This document shows positions 24,343 to 35,285 of a stretch of 64,000 nt of DNA, one piece after another. The notes under the pieces were generated by a model that was not told where the DNA came from, did not search any database, and saw only the letters and a program-made list of their open reading frames with translations. A program made the position numbers and the translations under genes. Position 1 is the first letter of the stretch, and the number at the start of each line of letters is the position of its first letter. The DNA comes from Paraphysomonas bandaiensis (lineage: Eukaryota; Protista; Chrysophyceae), in NCBI GenBank assembly GCA_965644295.1, contig CBFFRP010000378.1, positions 186,001-250,000 on the forward strand, read 5' to 3'.

Positions 24343-24798
24343 ATGTTCTTACGTGAAATACTACTTGTTGGTTTACTCACCAGTCTATTAATCACAATCT
24401 CTCTCTACGTTCTCACTAATGATCACATGAACCCCCCCACTCTATTAACTGAACCATCTCATAAAATCATACCAAACTTAAGAGGATCATCATACAAAGA
24501 TATGCTTCATAATCATAATCATATCAAACCATTTTATTGTCATGATAATTCAGGACAAAAAGGAATTTTAAATGATGATTATTGTGATTGTTTAGATGGA
24601 TCAGATGAAACACTCACATCAGCATGTAGTTACATACTACCACAACATAAATATTTTCAATGTAAAGTTTCAAAAGAATATATATATCTTTCAAGAGTTA
24701 ATGATGGGGTATGTGATTGTCGTGATGGTTCAGATGAATCATCATCTGTTCGCTGTCGTGATCATATTGCGATTAGCCAAATGTATAATGCATTTTAG
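24343..24798 (+). CDS. Short glucosidase II beta subunit (PRKCSH)-like protein with two LDLa-like motifs
   Basis: N-terminal signal anchor; LNDDYCDCLDGSDETLTSAC and SRVNDGVCDCRDGSDE. Confidence 0.85.
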   Translation: MFLREILLVGLLTSLLITISLYVLTNDHMNPPTLLTEPSHKIIPNLRGSSYKDMLHNHNHIKPFYCHDNSGQKGILNDDYCDCLDGSDETLTSACSYILPQHKYFQCKVSKEYIYLSRVNDGVCDCRDGSDESSSVRCRDHIAISQMYNAF

Positions 24799-25570
24799 TT
24801 GTGAATACGTTTGTTTGTCGTACTATGGTGTATTCCGATGAGTACGTAGGTACACTCGAATAATTCATACAGGTAATACTATGCTGTTGTCCATTGAAGT
24901 ATATGACTCAAACGTTTTAGGGATGCAATCGGTTCATAAAATTTTCCCTGGAGTGACTCTATGGAGATCTTCCAATGCGGCAGGGATATGATGTGATCCC
25001 AACTACGAAATGTGCTATATTTGAGGAGTAGCACATATTGATATTGGATGCACTTCCTGGTTGAATTTGTACATGCATATTTCCCTGTTACGCAATGAAA
25101 AGAACTTTCCAGTATGTAGTGTATATACATTTTCTTTCCCGATCAATTAAAAAAATACGTGTACTCTTTTTTATTGGTATCTTAGCTATATATCGTTGCG
25201 GCGTTGTACAGCCAAACAATAAATTTACAGAATACAATACTTGTAGTGAATGTCTGATTATTTAGCAATAGGCGTTGAGACCTTGCATCAATTAGTGGCT
25301 AGAAGAATGCTAGATACAATACTTGAATGCAGTGAAAAACACTGCGGAAAACTTCAGAAAACTAATTCAATTAGCCCGAGTGACTATTTCATTTGCCAAA
25401 CTTGCTAGATTAAGGAGGTATGTACAACTCAGTTTATGTGACGACAAAGACCACCTCATATTTTTCAAATCATATGGTGCATCTCATAGCCTTCCATGTA
25501 TTATAATATGTTCTATTGTTCTATATCCAAGGTGAGAGAATAGATAATCCAGGATATTTTCTCATGCTTA

Positions 25571-26030
25571 TGTAGTAAATGTCTGATTAAGTAGGCAATA
25601 GGCGTGTAAGAGTCAGAACTAGTGTAGCAAAACAATATAACTAACTAGTGCTTAACTCTGATATCCTACTATTTAGTGCTACTGTGCGTCACTAAAAGCA
25701 CCAACCACTTTCACTCTCTGTCCTTAAGGTGAACAGCCCGGATGATTACTTCAGCAGGCATCCCAATACTCCGGATCCTCGGATGCCCTTGAGGTGGGCC
25801 ATTCCCGGATACTTGACTTCAGCAGGCAGCCTAATATCCCACAATGCCTGTTTATTCGTCAAGGCCAAAAGGCGTCTACAGTCTACACTAATTAGTCCCT
25901 TGTACCACACAAGCATAAATTAGACTATGAGAGGGCAGAAAGTTATCTGCTGACTACATATATATGCAACTCACATTAGTTTTCCGGTACGTATCCCTCA
26001 AAACACAACGAAAGGGTGCGAGTCTTCTTC
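25571..26030 (+). repeat. Dispersed repeat family copy (solo-LTR-like)
   Basis: Collinear similarity to 49425-49925; starts tgtagtaaatgtctgatt. Confidence 0.75.
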
Positions 26031-26437
26031 AATTGACGCGAACAAAAATAAGTTCTTTGTGCACTAGTAGCAACAAATGATAACAGTTGAGACTGAAAAC
26101 AGCTTTTAATTATACTTACGAGCTTATAAGATATTTTGATTTATACTAAAATTCCTACTTGGAATGTCTATTGCTTATAGTGCACCCTATAGCTTCTTCA
26201 TCAAGTCACGAGAAATACATGCTCTCATTGAATTTACCCTTGTAGATAAGCACGCTAAGGTGTCCACGGTGCCATTTATCAAGAAAACACAGAATTCGTG
26301 AAAATAATTATAGTAGTTTACACCTAGTCCACGGCATAGTGGGCTCAAATGAAATGAAAACCACTACATCATTAAGTGGATAAAGTTGTGTGAAAAAAAA
26401 GAGATACTCAGGAAATATACTTCTCTAGATATTTATA

Positions 26438-29400
26438 TCACGAGTGAAGACTGGAATACAATTCTGGACGCCTCTCTTGAACGAGACCGAAAGCACGCCT
26501 CTGGACGCGGTAGTATTCCAGGTCCAAATCAGCGAAAATAATGGCGCTCGATGAATCGCTTGCTTGCTGCACAATTTCCCCAGTACCGTCGGTAATAAAA
26601 CTGGAACCTGTGTACAGTTCAATTAACTAAGAAAATACATGTCCATGTGAAACTACCATAGAACGACACCGTAGATTCTTTGTGCACTTCGGTGCCAATT
26701 CTGTTGGATACAACAACTGGAATCAAATTGCATGCTGCGTGGCCGGTCACTGTCCTCTGCCACCGGCCTACGGAATCATGATGATGTTCGAGGGAGCCCG
26801 CTCCAATTGAAGTCGGAAACACTGTGGGTACAATAAGAAAAGTTCTAAACATTACATGACAACATTCTTACACAAAATCTCCGCCCCTTTTAAAGCCATT
26901 GCTCTGGCGGCTTCAGGAAACCACTACGGTAGTGCTTATATTGAGAAACTATCAATAATAACTTGCATACCTGATCTTGACAGATGCCAACCCCAAGTGA
27001 GCCGAATTTAGTCCGAAATACTCTAAAGCCAGTGTCTCCGGGGCTGGCATAACTAGATATATCCAATATTAGAAAAAAATTTATTTGGGGAACTACTTAT
27101 GGAAACCCACAATTTCTCACTGTATCCTGGGCTCTTTATAATATGAGACTTCCTGTAACAGCCAAGCACCTTTCCATCGGCATCAATGACCTGCAATAAT
27201 CCGTGGGTTAAGCACAACTGATCCCGCACTAATGTAACGACTAACCGCAACAGAGTTAAAGTACGACTTTTTCTTTTTCTCGAAGAAACTTAGGGGAATC
27301 ACCTGTGGAGCAATGATGGTAAGCTGGCCCTGGATGCGCGTGATAAGAACTTACCACACCGAGTTCTTTCGCAAGAGATGAAAAACGCAATAGCAGAGGA
27401 TTGGAATTGGGACTGTACGCTGAGGAAAGTGAAAAATTCGTGGGGTCTTCAACCTGCAAAGCAATAATTTAACAAAAAGCTATTAACACTTTCCCATGTA
27501 TGACGACATGTCGTGCCCAGTACACTTCATCACACACCTGGAAGAAATACGAAAACTGAAACAGCTCTGGAAGCAGCACAATGTTGGAGCCCTTCTTCGC
27601 AGCTTCTCTAACAAGACGTTCGGCTGAGTCAATATTGCATTGAGAGTCCTTACTATAATGTTCACCTATTCTTAATACTAGAATGAGAAATAAAAACCAA
27701 ATTACCTGATTGACATCTGAGCCGCTGCAACTCTAACGTTTCGACAACGATCAGACTGCAGATTTTTCTCAGAGATAGCCTCATCTTCGCCCTTCGCTAC
27801 GGCTTTCTGCTGGCGCTTGGAAATACGCTGCTCATGTATTTCCAGAGCTGTCTCTCTCCTCACCGTACACACCTTCACAGCCTCTTCATCAGGTGAAGTA
27901 CATATGGGAACCTTCAAGGGCCTGTCCGTCTCCTGCTGCCCCGTGAAGTGAATTCGAATCTTACGAGCTCCACCACGAAACTTTACACCACATGAAATGC
28001 ACTTGTATTGGCTAGGTCCACGAGGATTGTGGCGAACCACTTCAACGAATTGCTCTTCCGGGATACCTCCCGTGCCTTCTTTCTTGCTCTCTTCCATGAC
28101 GGGATGCTCTTCATTTGATGCAGCAGGTACAGCCTCATCTTCGCCCTTCGCTACGGCTTTCTGCTGGCGCTTGGAAATACGCTGCTCATGTATTTCCAGA
28201 GCTGTCTCTCTCCTCACCGTACACACCTTCACAGCCTCTTCATCAGGTGAAGTACATATGGGAACCTTCAAGGGCCTGTCCGTCTCCTGCTGCCCCGTGA
28301 AGTGAATTCGAATCTTACGAGCTCCACCACGAAACTTTACACCACATGAAATGCACTTGTATTGGCTAGGTCCACGAGGATTGTGGCGAACCACTTCAAC
28401 GAATTGCTCTTCCGGGATACCTCCCGTGCCTTCTTTCTTGCTCTCTTCCATGACGGGATGCTCTTCATTTGATGCAGCAGGTACAGCCTCATCTTCGCCC
28501 TTCGCTACGGCTTTCTGCTGGCGCTTGGAAATACGCTGCTCATGTATTTCCAGAGCTGTCTCTCTCCTCGCCGTACACACCTTCACAGCCTCTTCATCAG
28601 GTGAAGTACATATGGGAACCTTCAAGGGCCTGTCCGTCTCCTGCTGCCCCGTGAAGTGAATTCGAATCTTACGAGCTCCACCACGAAACTTTACACCACA
28701 TGAAATGCACTTGTATTGGCTAGGTCCACGAGGATTGTGGCGAACCACTTCAACGAATTGCTCTTCCGGGATACCTCCCGTGCCTTCTTTCTTGCTCTCT
28801 TCCATGACGGGATGCTCTTCATTTGATGCAGCAGGTACAGCCTCATCTTCGCCCTTCGCTACGGCTTTCTGCTGGCGCTTGGAAATACGCTGCTCATGTA
28901 TTTCCAGAGCTGTCTCTCTCCTCGCCGTACACACCTTCACAGCCTCTTCATCAGGTGAAGTACATATGGGAACCTTCAAGGGCCTGTCCGTCTCCTGCTG
29001 CCCCGTGAAGTGAATTCGAATCTTACGAGCTCCACCACGAAACTTTACACCACATGAAATGCACTTGTATTGGCTAGGTCCACGAGGATTGTGGCGAACC
29101 ACTTCAACGAATTGCTCTTCCGGGATACCTCCCGTGCCTTCTTTCTTGCTCTCTTCCATGACGGGATGCTCTTCATTTGATGCAGCAGGTACAGCCTCAT
29201 CTTCGCCCTTCGCTACGGCTTTCTGCTGGCGCTTGGAAATACGCTGCTCATGTATTTCCAGAGCTGTCTCTCTCCTCACCGTACACACCTTCACAGCCTC
29301 TTCATCAGGTGAAGTACATATGGGAACCTTCAAGGGCCTGTCCGTCTCCTGCTGCCCCGTGAAGTGAATTCGTATCTTACGAGCTCCACCACGAAACTTT

Positions 29401-29999
29401 ACACCACATGAAATGCACTTGTATTGGCTAGGTCCACGAGGATTGTGGCGAACCACCTCAACGAATTGCTCTTCCGGGATACCTCCCGTGCCTTCTTTCT
29501 TGCTCTCTTCCATGACGGGATGCTCTTCATTTGATGCAGCAGGTACGGCCTCATCTTCGCCCTTCGCTACGGCTTTCTGCTGGCGCTTGGAAATACGCTG
29601 CTCATGTATTTCCAGAGCTGTCTCTCTCCTCGCCGTACACACCTTCACAGCCTCTTCATCAGGTGAAGTACATATGGGAACCTTCAAAGGCTTGTCTGTC
29701 TCCTGCTGCCCCGTGAAATGAATTCGAATCTTACGAGCTCCACCATGAAACTTTATACCACATGATAGACACTTATATTGATGAGGTCCTCTGCGATTAC
29801 TATGAATGATCTCTACAAATTGCTCCTCTGGTATGTGATATGAAAGGTTTGATTGATGAGTTTGATGAAGTGAAGGAGAAATATGACCATTAGGGATCAT
29901 GAGTGGTGTGTGATAGTGATATGTGTGGGTTAAGTGGTCTGATGAGAGATGGCTGTGTGTTGATATCTGGCTGTGGATATCATAACCATAATACGACAC
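26438..29999 (-). CDS. aguB: Fusion gene: six tandem BED-type zinc-finger modules plus N-carbamoylputrescine amidohydrolase (nitrilase superfamily), 9 exons
   Basis: Exon 1 (29999-27706) ends VRVAAAQMSI. Intron 27653-27705 gives in-frame SKDSQCNIDSAERLVREAAKKGSNIVLLPELF. Later exons give VIPLSFFE, YFNS, IDADG..LGCYRKSHI, GYSEKF, PGDTGFRVF.TKFG.LGVGICQDQWFPEAARAMALKGAEIL.FPTSIG, WQRTVTGHAACN.IPVVVSNRIGTE, FYGSSFI, RRPELY and a TGA at 26438-26440. Confidence 0.85.
27778..29835 (-). repeat. Coding tandem repeat, 354-bp (118-aa) unit, six zinc-finger-bearing copies
   Basis: Shadow ORFs recur at exactly 354-bp spacing (27997, 28351, 28705, 29059, 29413). Units differ by only a few SNPs; the N-terminal-most copy is more diverged. 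Confidence 0.97.
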
Positions 30000-30105
30000 A
30001 TTCCTATAGAAAAAAAGAACAAATACAGTGTGAGGTGTGTACTAGTGGACTATGTATACCCACATACCACATACAAGTGCCCAGTTGTGGACTTGTATGG
30101 ATATG

Positions 30106-30108
<3 letters not shown>

Positions 30109-30137
<29 letters not shown>

Positions 30138-30376
30138 TGTATGTATGTATGTATGTATGTATGTATGTATGTATGTATGTATGTACGTATGTATGTATGT
30201 ATGTATGTATGTATGTATGTATGTATGTATGTATGTATGTATGTACGTATGTATGTATGTATGTATGTATGTATGTATGTATGTATGTATGTATGTATGC
30301 ATGTATGTATGTATGTATGTATGTATGTATGTATGTACGTATGTATGTATGTATGTATGTATGTATGTATGTATGT
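30109..30376 (+). repeat. (TATG)n microsatellite with TACG/CATG interruptions, between two divergent genes
   Basis: Directly visible. Confidence 0.98.
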
Positions 30377-30564
30377 ACAGCAGTGTGTATGTATGTACGT
30401 ATGTTTGTATGTATGTACATATAGATATGTATGTATACAGATATAATATAGCACTCTATATGAAGATATGCACACCAACACTTCCCACAATTCTTCTACA
30501 TACATATATGGATATGGTATCATAGCCAATAGGGGGTCAGCATATCCTCACTTCATACTTCTCA

Positions 30565-32910
30565 ATGTATGTGTGTCATATCTGTATATATATCGTCTGT
30601 GTCTTATATACAGTCATAAGTAAACCAACTCATCAATTATCAATATTTCAATTTAAAAATACTCGTGCTAGAGATACTCTCCAAACATGGGCTAATAACC
30701 TCATCCAGACTGATGGTACAGTATCACATAGTGAAGCTGTATTGAGAGAACAACTTGTGGTTGATAAGATATCTAAAGGCGAGTGGCCTGAGGAGGTGTA
30801 TCATGAATATCAGCTATTTGCTGCCTCTTATGGCAATGTAGACTCTGCCCGACTCATGCTAGAGTATGGCATAGGGTATCGTCTACAGGAAGAGACAAGT
30901 CACGGTGTGAGTGTTAATGAGGTGGTCTCTAGTGCCTTCAGTTGCTCGATACCACAGCTACATCATGCTCTAGACTCTGGGAAGAGCCCGAATGTGCCTC
31001 TGTCCGATGGTACCACAGCCTTGATGGCGGCTTCGTATTCAGGTTGTACCGAAGCTGTTGATGTGTTGTTGCAAACGGATGCTGAAGTGGATGCAATTGG
31101 TCGCCATGGTGCCACAGCTTTTATGATTGCTTCTGCAATGGGGCATACAGATATAGTTCGTAAACTTTCAGCAGGTGGTGCTGATGTCACCATAAAACAC
31201 AGATTTGCCAATACATCTCCCCTTCATATGGCGTCTGAAATGGAACAAGTGGAAGCGATCAAACTACTTTGTGAATTAGGCTATAATGGACGACATGTTA
31301 CTGCTTTGGGGGGTAATGCTCTCCATACTGCTGCCCAAGTTGGGGCTGCGAATTCAGTCCTTGCATTGGTATCTTCTCCGTGCTCAGTACCCGTGGACGG
31401 TCTCATGAATGGAGATACCACCCCTCTTTACTTAGCTTCGCAGCATGGACATAGCAATACTGTGAAAGCACTGTTACAGTGTGGAGCCAATGTATCCTTT
31501 TCAATGCCAGTATCACCCTACAAGGGAAGTCGCGAACTGAGCACGAGCAAGTCCGATAGTGCCACCAACTTTGCGTTTGTGCCTAATAGTGAAGCTGGCA
31601 ATGGTGCCAGTGCTCTGCATGCAGCAGCAGAGAATGGTCATTCGAATATTGTGAGACTTCTTATCGAACAGGGTGGAGCTGATGTCGATATGATGGGCGG
31701 AATCGGAGTGACAGCACTGCATCTGGCTGCACAGTATGACCGCAAACCTGTCGCGAAAGAGCTTCTCTCTATGGGTGCAGCAGTTGATGTACATGCAACA
31801 ACTGACGGGTCTACTGCCCTTTACTATGCGGTAGGGTATGGATCTCTTGGCATGGTGCGAATTCTTCTTCGTGCAGGTGCTAGTCCCCTTCGACAGAGAG
31901 CAATCCCTAATATAAAAGGACAGGATCGTCATGAAAGCGCTGGAGGTATTCCAGTACGAGGGACACCTCTCATGTATGCTGTGCTTCTTGGACGGTATGA
32001 AATAATGCAAAGTATTCTTAACTATGAACGCAAAATTGGCTCAAGTGAGGCGGTTGTCAATTATGTGGACACGGATGGTACCACTTTGGTGCATGCAGCT
32101 GCTGGGATGACCGGTCCTTCCAGGCAAGACGATGTGTATGATGATATCCTCTCCTTATTGATATCTTTTGGGTGCGATTCGAGACGAATTCAGTCTAGTA
32201 GTGGTAAAACTGCACTGCACTTCGCAGCGCTCGGTGGAAGTACTCGTGCTGTTAAGTTGCTACTCCGTTCCGTTGATGATGCTACACTGCAGACGTGGGT
32301 TAACATAAAGGACGATGCAGGGTATACAGCGTTGCATTACGCCGTTTCCACAGTGGTTGCGGGTGATGTGGAGGAAAACTCTGCTGCAGTGGAATGCATT
32401 AGTGAGATTATTCGTGCTGGTGGAAATGTCGATGCACGCGTCGAGCAGATCGGTGGGTTGCAAGGAGCCACTGCTTTATACTTGGCTGCGAGTGGCGTGA
32501 ACGCCCATTTCACGACAGTTGCTGTCAGAGCTCTACTCAAGGCAGGAGCTGACCCTGACGTGACATTAGAAGACAGCGCTAAAGGATTTACTCCGCTCTT
32601 GGCAGCTATAGATAGAAGTAATTCAGCTGTCGTAGAAGCCTTACTGTTTGATGGACACGCAGATCCAAATAAGGGTGTCGCGCAGAGTACATCGTTGACT
32701 CAATCACCTATATTGTTTGCTGTCGTTAAAGGATCAACCCCCGTTGTTGATTTCCTACTACAATCTGGGGCTACATGTGATATTAGGATCATGCATCCTT
32801 CTTCCGACAATCCATTGAGCTTGATAGGTTTAGCTAGAATACGTAGAGACTATGATATGTTGCAATTACTTATGGCTAGCAGTAATTGCACCGAAGATGT
32901 GGAAGTTTAA
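30565..32910 (+). CDS. Ankyrin-repeat protein (roughly 15 repeats); 5' end uncertain
   Basis: Repeated G.TALH.AA..G....V.LLL..GA consensus, e.g. GTTALMAAS, TPLYLASQHGH, SALHAAAENGH, GKTALHFAA. Confidence 0.92.
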   Translation: MYVCHICIYIVCVLYTVISKPTHQLSIFQFKNTRARDTLQTWANNLIQTDGTVSHSEAVLREQLVVDKISKGEWPEEVYHEYQLFAASYGNVDSARLMLEYGIGYRLQEETSHGVSVNEVVSSAFSCSIPQLHHALDSGKSPNVPLSDGTTALMAASYSGCTEAVDVLLQTDAEVDAIGRHGATAFMIASAMGHTDIVRKLSAGGADVTIKHRFANTSPLHMASEMEQVEAIKLLCELGYNGRHVTALGGNALHTAAQVGAANSVLALVSSPCSVPVDGLMNGDTTPLYLASQHGHSNTVKALLQCGANVSFSMPVSPYKGSRELSTSKSDSATNFAFVPNSEAGNGASALHAAAENGHSNIVRLLIEQGGADVDMMGGIGVTALHLAAQYDRKPVAKELLSMGAAVDVHATTDGSTALYYAVGYGSLGMVRILLRAGASPLRQRAIPNIKGQDRHESAGGIPVRGTPLMYAVLLGRYEIMQSILNYERKIGSSEAVVNYVDTDGTTLVHAAAGMTGPSRQDDVYDDILSLLISFGCDSRRIQSSSGKTALHFAALGGSTRAVKLLLRSVDDATLQTWVNIKDDAGYTALHYAVSTVVAGDVEENSAAVECISEIIRAGGNVDARVEQIGGLQGATALYLAASGVNAHFTTVAVRALLKAGADPDVTLEDSAKGFTPLLAAIDRSNSAVVEALLFDGHADPNKGVAQSTSLTQSPILFAVVKGSTPVVDFLLQSGATCDIRIMHPSSDNPLSLIGLARIRRDYDMLQLLMASSNCTEDVEV

Positions 32911-33710
32911 AGAAGAGTACAAGGCACGACAGCGTAATGATCATGTGTTAGTACTTGATATAGAATACTTGTATTGCACGTAATAAATTCCCGCAAACTT
33001 CTCATGAGCTGCTGTCTACAAAATTCTGTTGTTGCATAACGTATGTGTACTTGATCATGATGTGTTTGTATAAAGTACGTCTACAACAGTTATAGCTCTA
33101 TATAGTTAGGTACTACTAAAATAAAAGAAAGAGCATGTAAATTAAGTAAGCAGATGAAGATATGTTCGGAAGTGGTCGCACCTTGGTGCTTGCGGCGACG
33201 CACAAGCAGCTTCTGTAGCGCTAAATAGTAGGATAATAGAATTTGTGCTGATTAGTTATGGGTAGAGGTCTAACTAGCATGTCTAGCATTCAACTAGCCA
33301 CTATATTGGCACGAGTTTTTAACGCCTATTGCTAAATAACAAGACTTTCTTTCAATATATATATGAAGATATGTTGTGAGACACAGTAACAATTGAAGTT
33401 CTAGAAAGAAATTATGTATAATGATACAATGATGTAGTCGACTACAACCAGCCTTTGTGGCGTAAACATATGCTACACATAATCTTACTCTGCGTTATCG
33501 TAGGTACAAACTGAACCATGTAATAATTACGAAATAGGCTATTGTAGTTGACAATATCATAAATAATTCTTAACTATACACGGCTGTGGTTATAGTAGTT
33601 ACTAAGGTCGGATTAAACCATATTCCTCCCTCTAAATTAAGGTAGTGTTGCTCTCTAATTAGGTGGGTATATACATATCGATATATATATCAAATGGTCA
33701 TCTTATTAAG

Positions 33711-34859
33711 CCCTCCTGACTCCTGAATATGTACCAGCAGAATAATATCTTGATATCCGGACACAGACATCGAGTTTTTTGTTTGAAAGGTGTGAATTTT
33801 TAAAAGTAAGCAGTGGCTTTTCTAATAGAAAAGTGTTAAAATGTGAGTTTAAACTCTCATTCTTATATCATTTCAGTGATATTGAAATACTGGTCTTAAA
33901 CTTGAAAGTAATGGACACGAATCTGCAACCAGATAGTCATAGCGCATAGCGATTCTTTCATTTTCAAAATCATTCATGTTTCGGGCAAATTCATCGAGTA
34001 CTTTTAACATCCATCCCTACTGATCCACACCCCTACAGTGAAGTTTAAACATGAAGCCCTTAAAAGGCTACTATACGGCTGGGCCCTCACATATATATGA
34101 GTGCGACACATTTCCCTCAGCTAGCCTAGATTCTCTCAGTGACTTGTCTCAATGGTTTCAAGATCATACGAAAGACGCCATGACCAAGGTCCGGACAACT
34201 AAATTTGAAATAGTCCAGTCTAAAGACATTGATGGATCAGATGTCGACCTCAATTATAGATTTAACTACTGCATGATTGCGCAGATAGACAGTGTAAAAG
34301 AGTTCTTCTGAGAGCATAACACATCTCAAAAAAATCTCCTCAGGTAGTAGTGACCTCATGGCTTATGTCGGACATGATTACCACACCGCTTTCTCCCATC
34401 CAGGCCGGGTTTATTGATCATGAGGTCTTTCTCATTCTGTTCTCGCATGATCTTAAAATCGTGTATAGTGGTCACTAAGAGAATACTAATAAAACCTTAT
34501 GCAAAAACTAGTAGAAGGAATTGCACAGCTGTGTATGTATAGCAACCGTTTGAGGGCTTCATATCTACACTTCATTGTACGGATTGAAGAAGTAGAGCTG
34601 AATGTGAGAGGTACTTGTGAGAAATGATAATATGATTATATGAATGCATATTAGTGTCTAGTTCTCTATGATTGATAGAGAATGAGACTCTTAAGTGAAA
34701 GATCAGTTCAAGTGTTGTCTAATAATGGGAGTTTTAATGTCATAAAAATTAGAATTTACAATCACATTTTTGACTTTTTAGAAAAAAACGCTGTTTTATT
34801 TGAAAAATATACTTTTTTAAACGACGAACTAATATCGCCGATGTTTTTGGACAGCAGGG
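33711..34859. mobile_element. Old DNA-transposon relic with degenerate long terminal inverted repeats (CCCT termini, piggyBac-like?)
   Basis: 33781-33873 aligns at roughly 70% (by eye) to the reverse complement of 34738-34822. Ends read ccctcctgac / rc ccctgctgtc. No clean TTAA TSD. Confidence 0.4.
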
Positions 34860-35285
34860 TTGGACATACACAACATCAAAAATGAGGAAATATCTCATAA
34901 CTTTCCCCAATAAATGCTTATATAAAAGAATATGTTCGAAAATAAAAATGCCACATCATAAAAAAACCAAAATCATTTTTTGACTATACAGAGTTCAGTA
35001 CAATAGCAGACATACATACACATACATACATAGATATGGTACTGTATATGTATATGGACAGTGTAGTGTATCATATACATGTATGTCCAGGTTGTTCTAA
35101 ATACGAGCTTCGACAGGCAGAACGGAATGTGTATGTATGTATGTATGTATGTATGCATATATATATACATACATGTCTAGAAGATCCACTCGTCTGATTC
35201 CATTTCTATGCATTGAATTGAATCAAATCACATAAACACACTTTATCAAACTCCATCCTTGACAAACAACCATATCATTCATAGA

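Noticed and set aside
27666-27705. Alternative 40-nt first intron of the BED-nitrilase gene
   Set aside because: This acceptor creates an immediate TGA; the acceptor at 27653 keeps the frame and matches the family alignment.
27997-29721. Five repeated 102-aa and 61-aa plus-strand ORFs; possible CRISPR-like array
   Set aside because: Antisense shadows of the 354-bp coding repeat. Units are contiguous with no unique spacers, and the context is eukaryotic.
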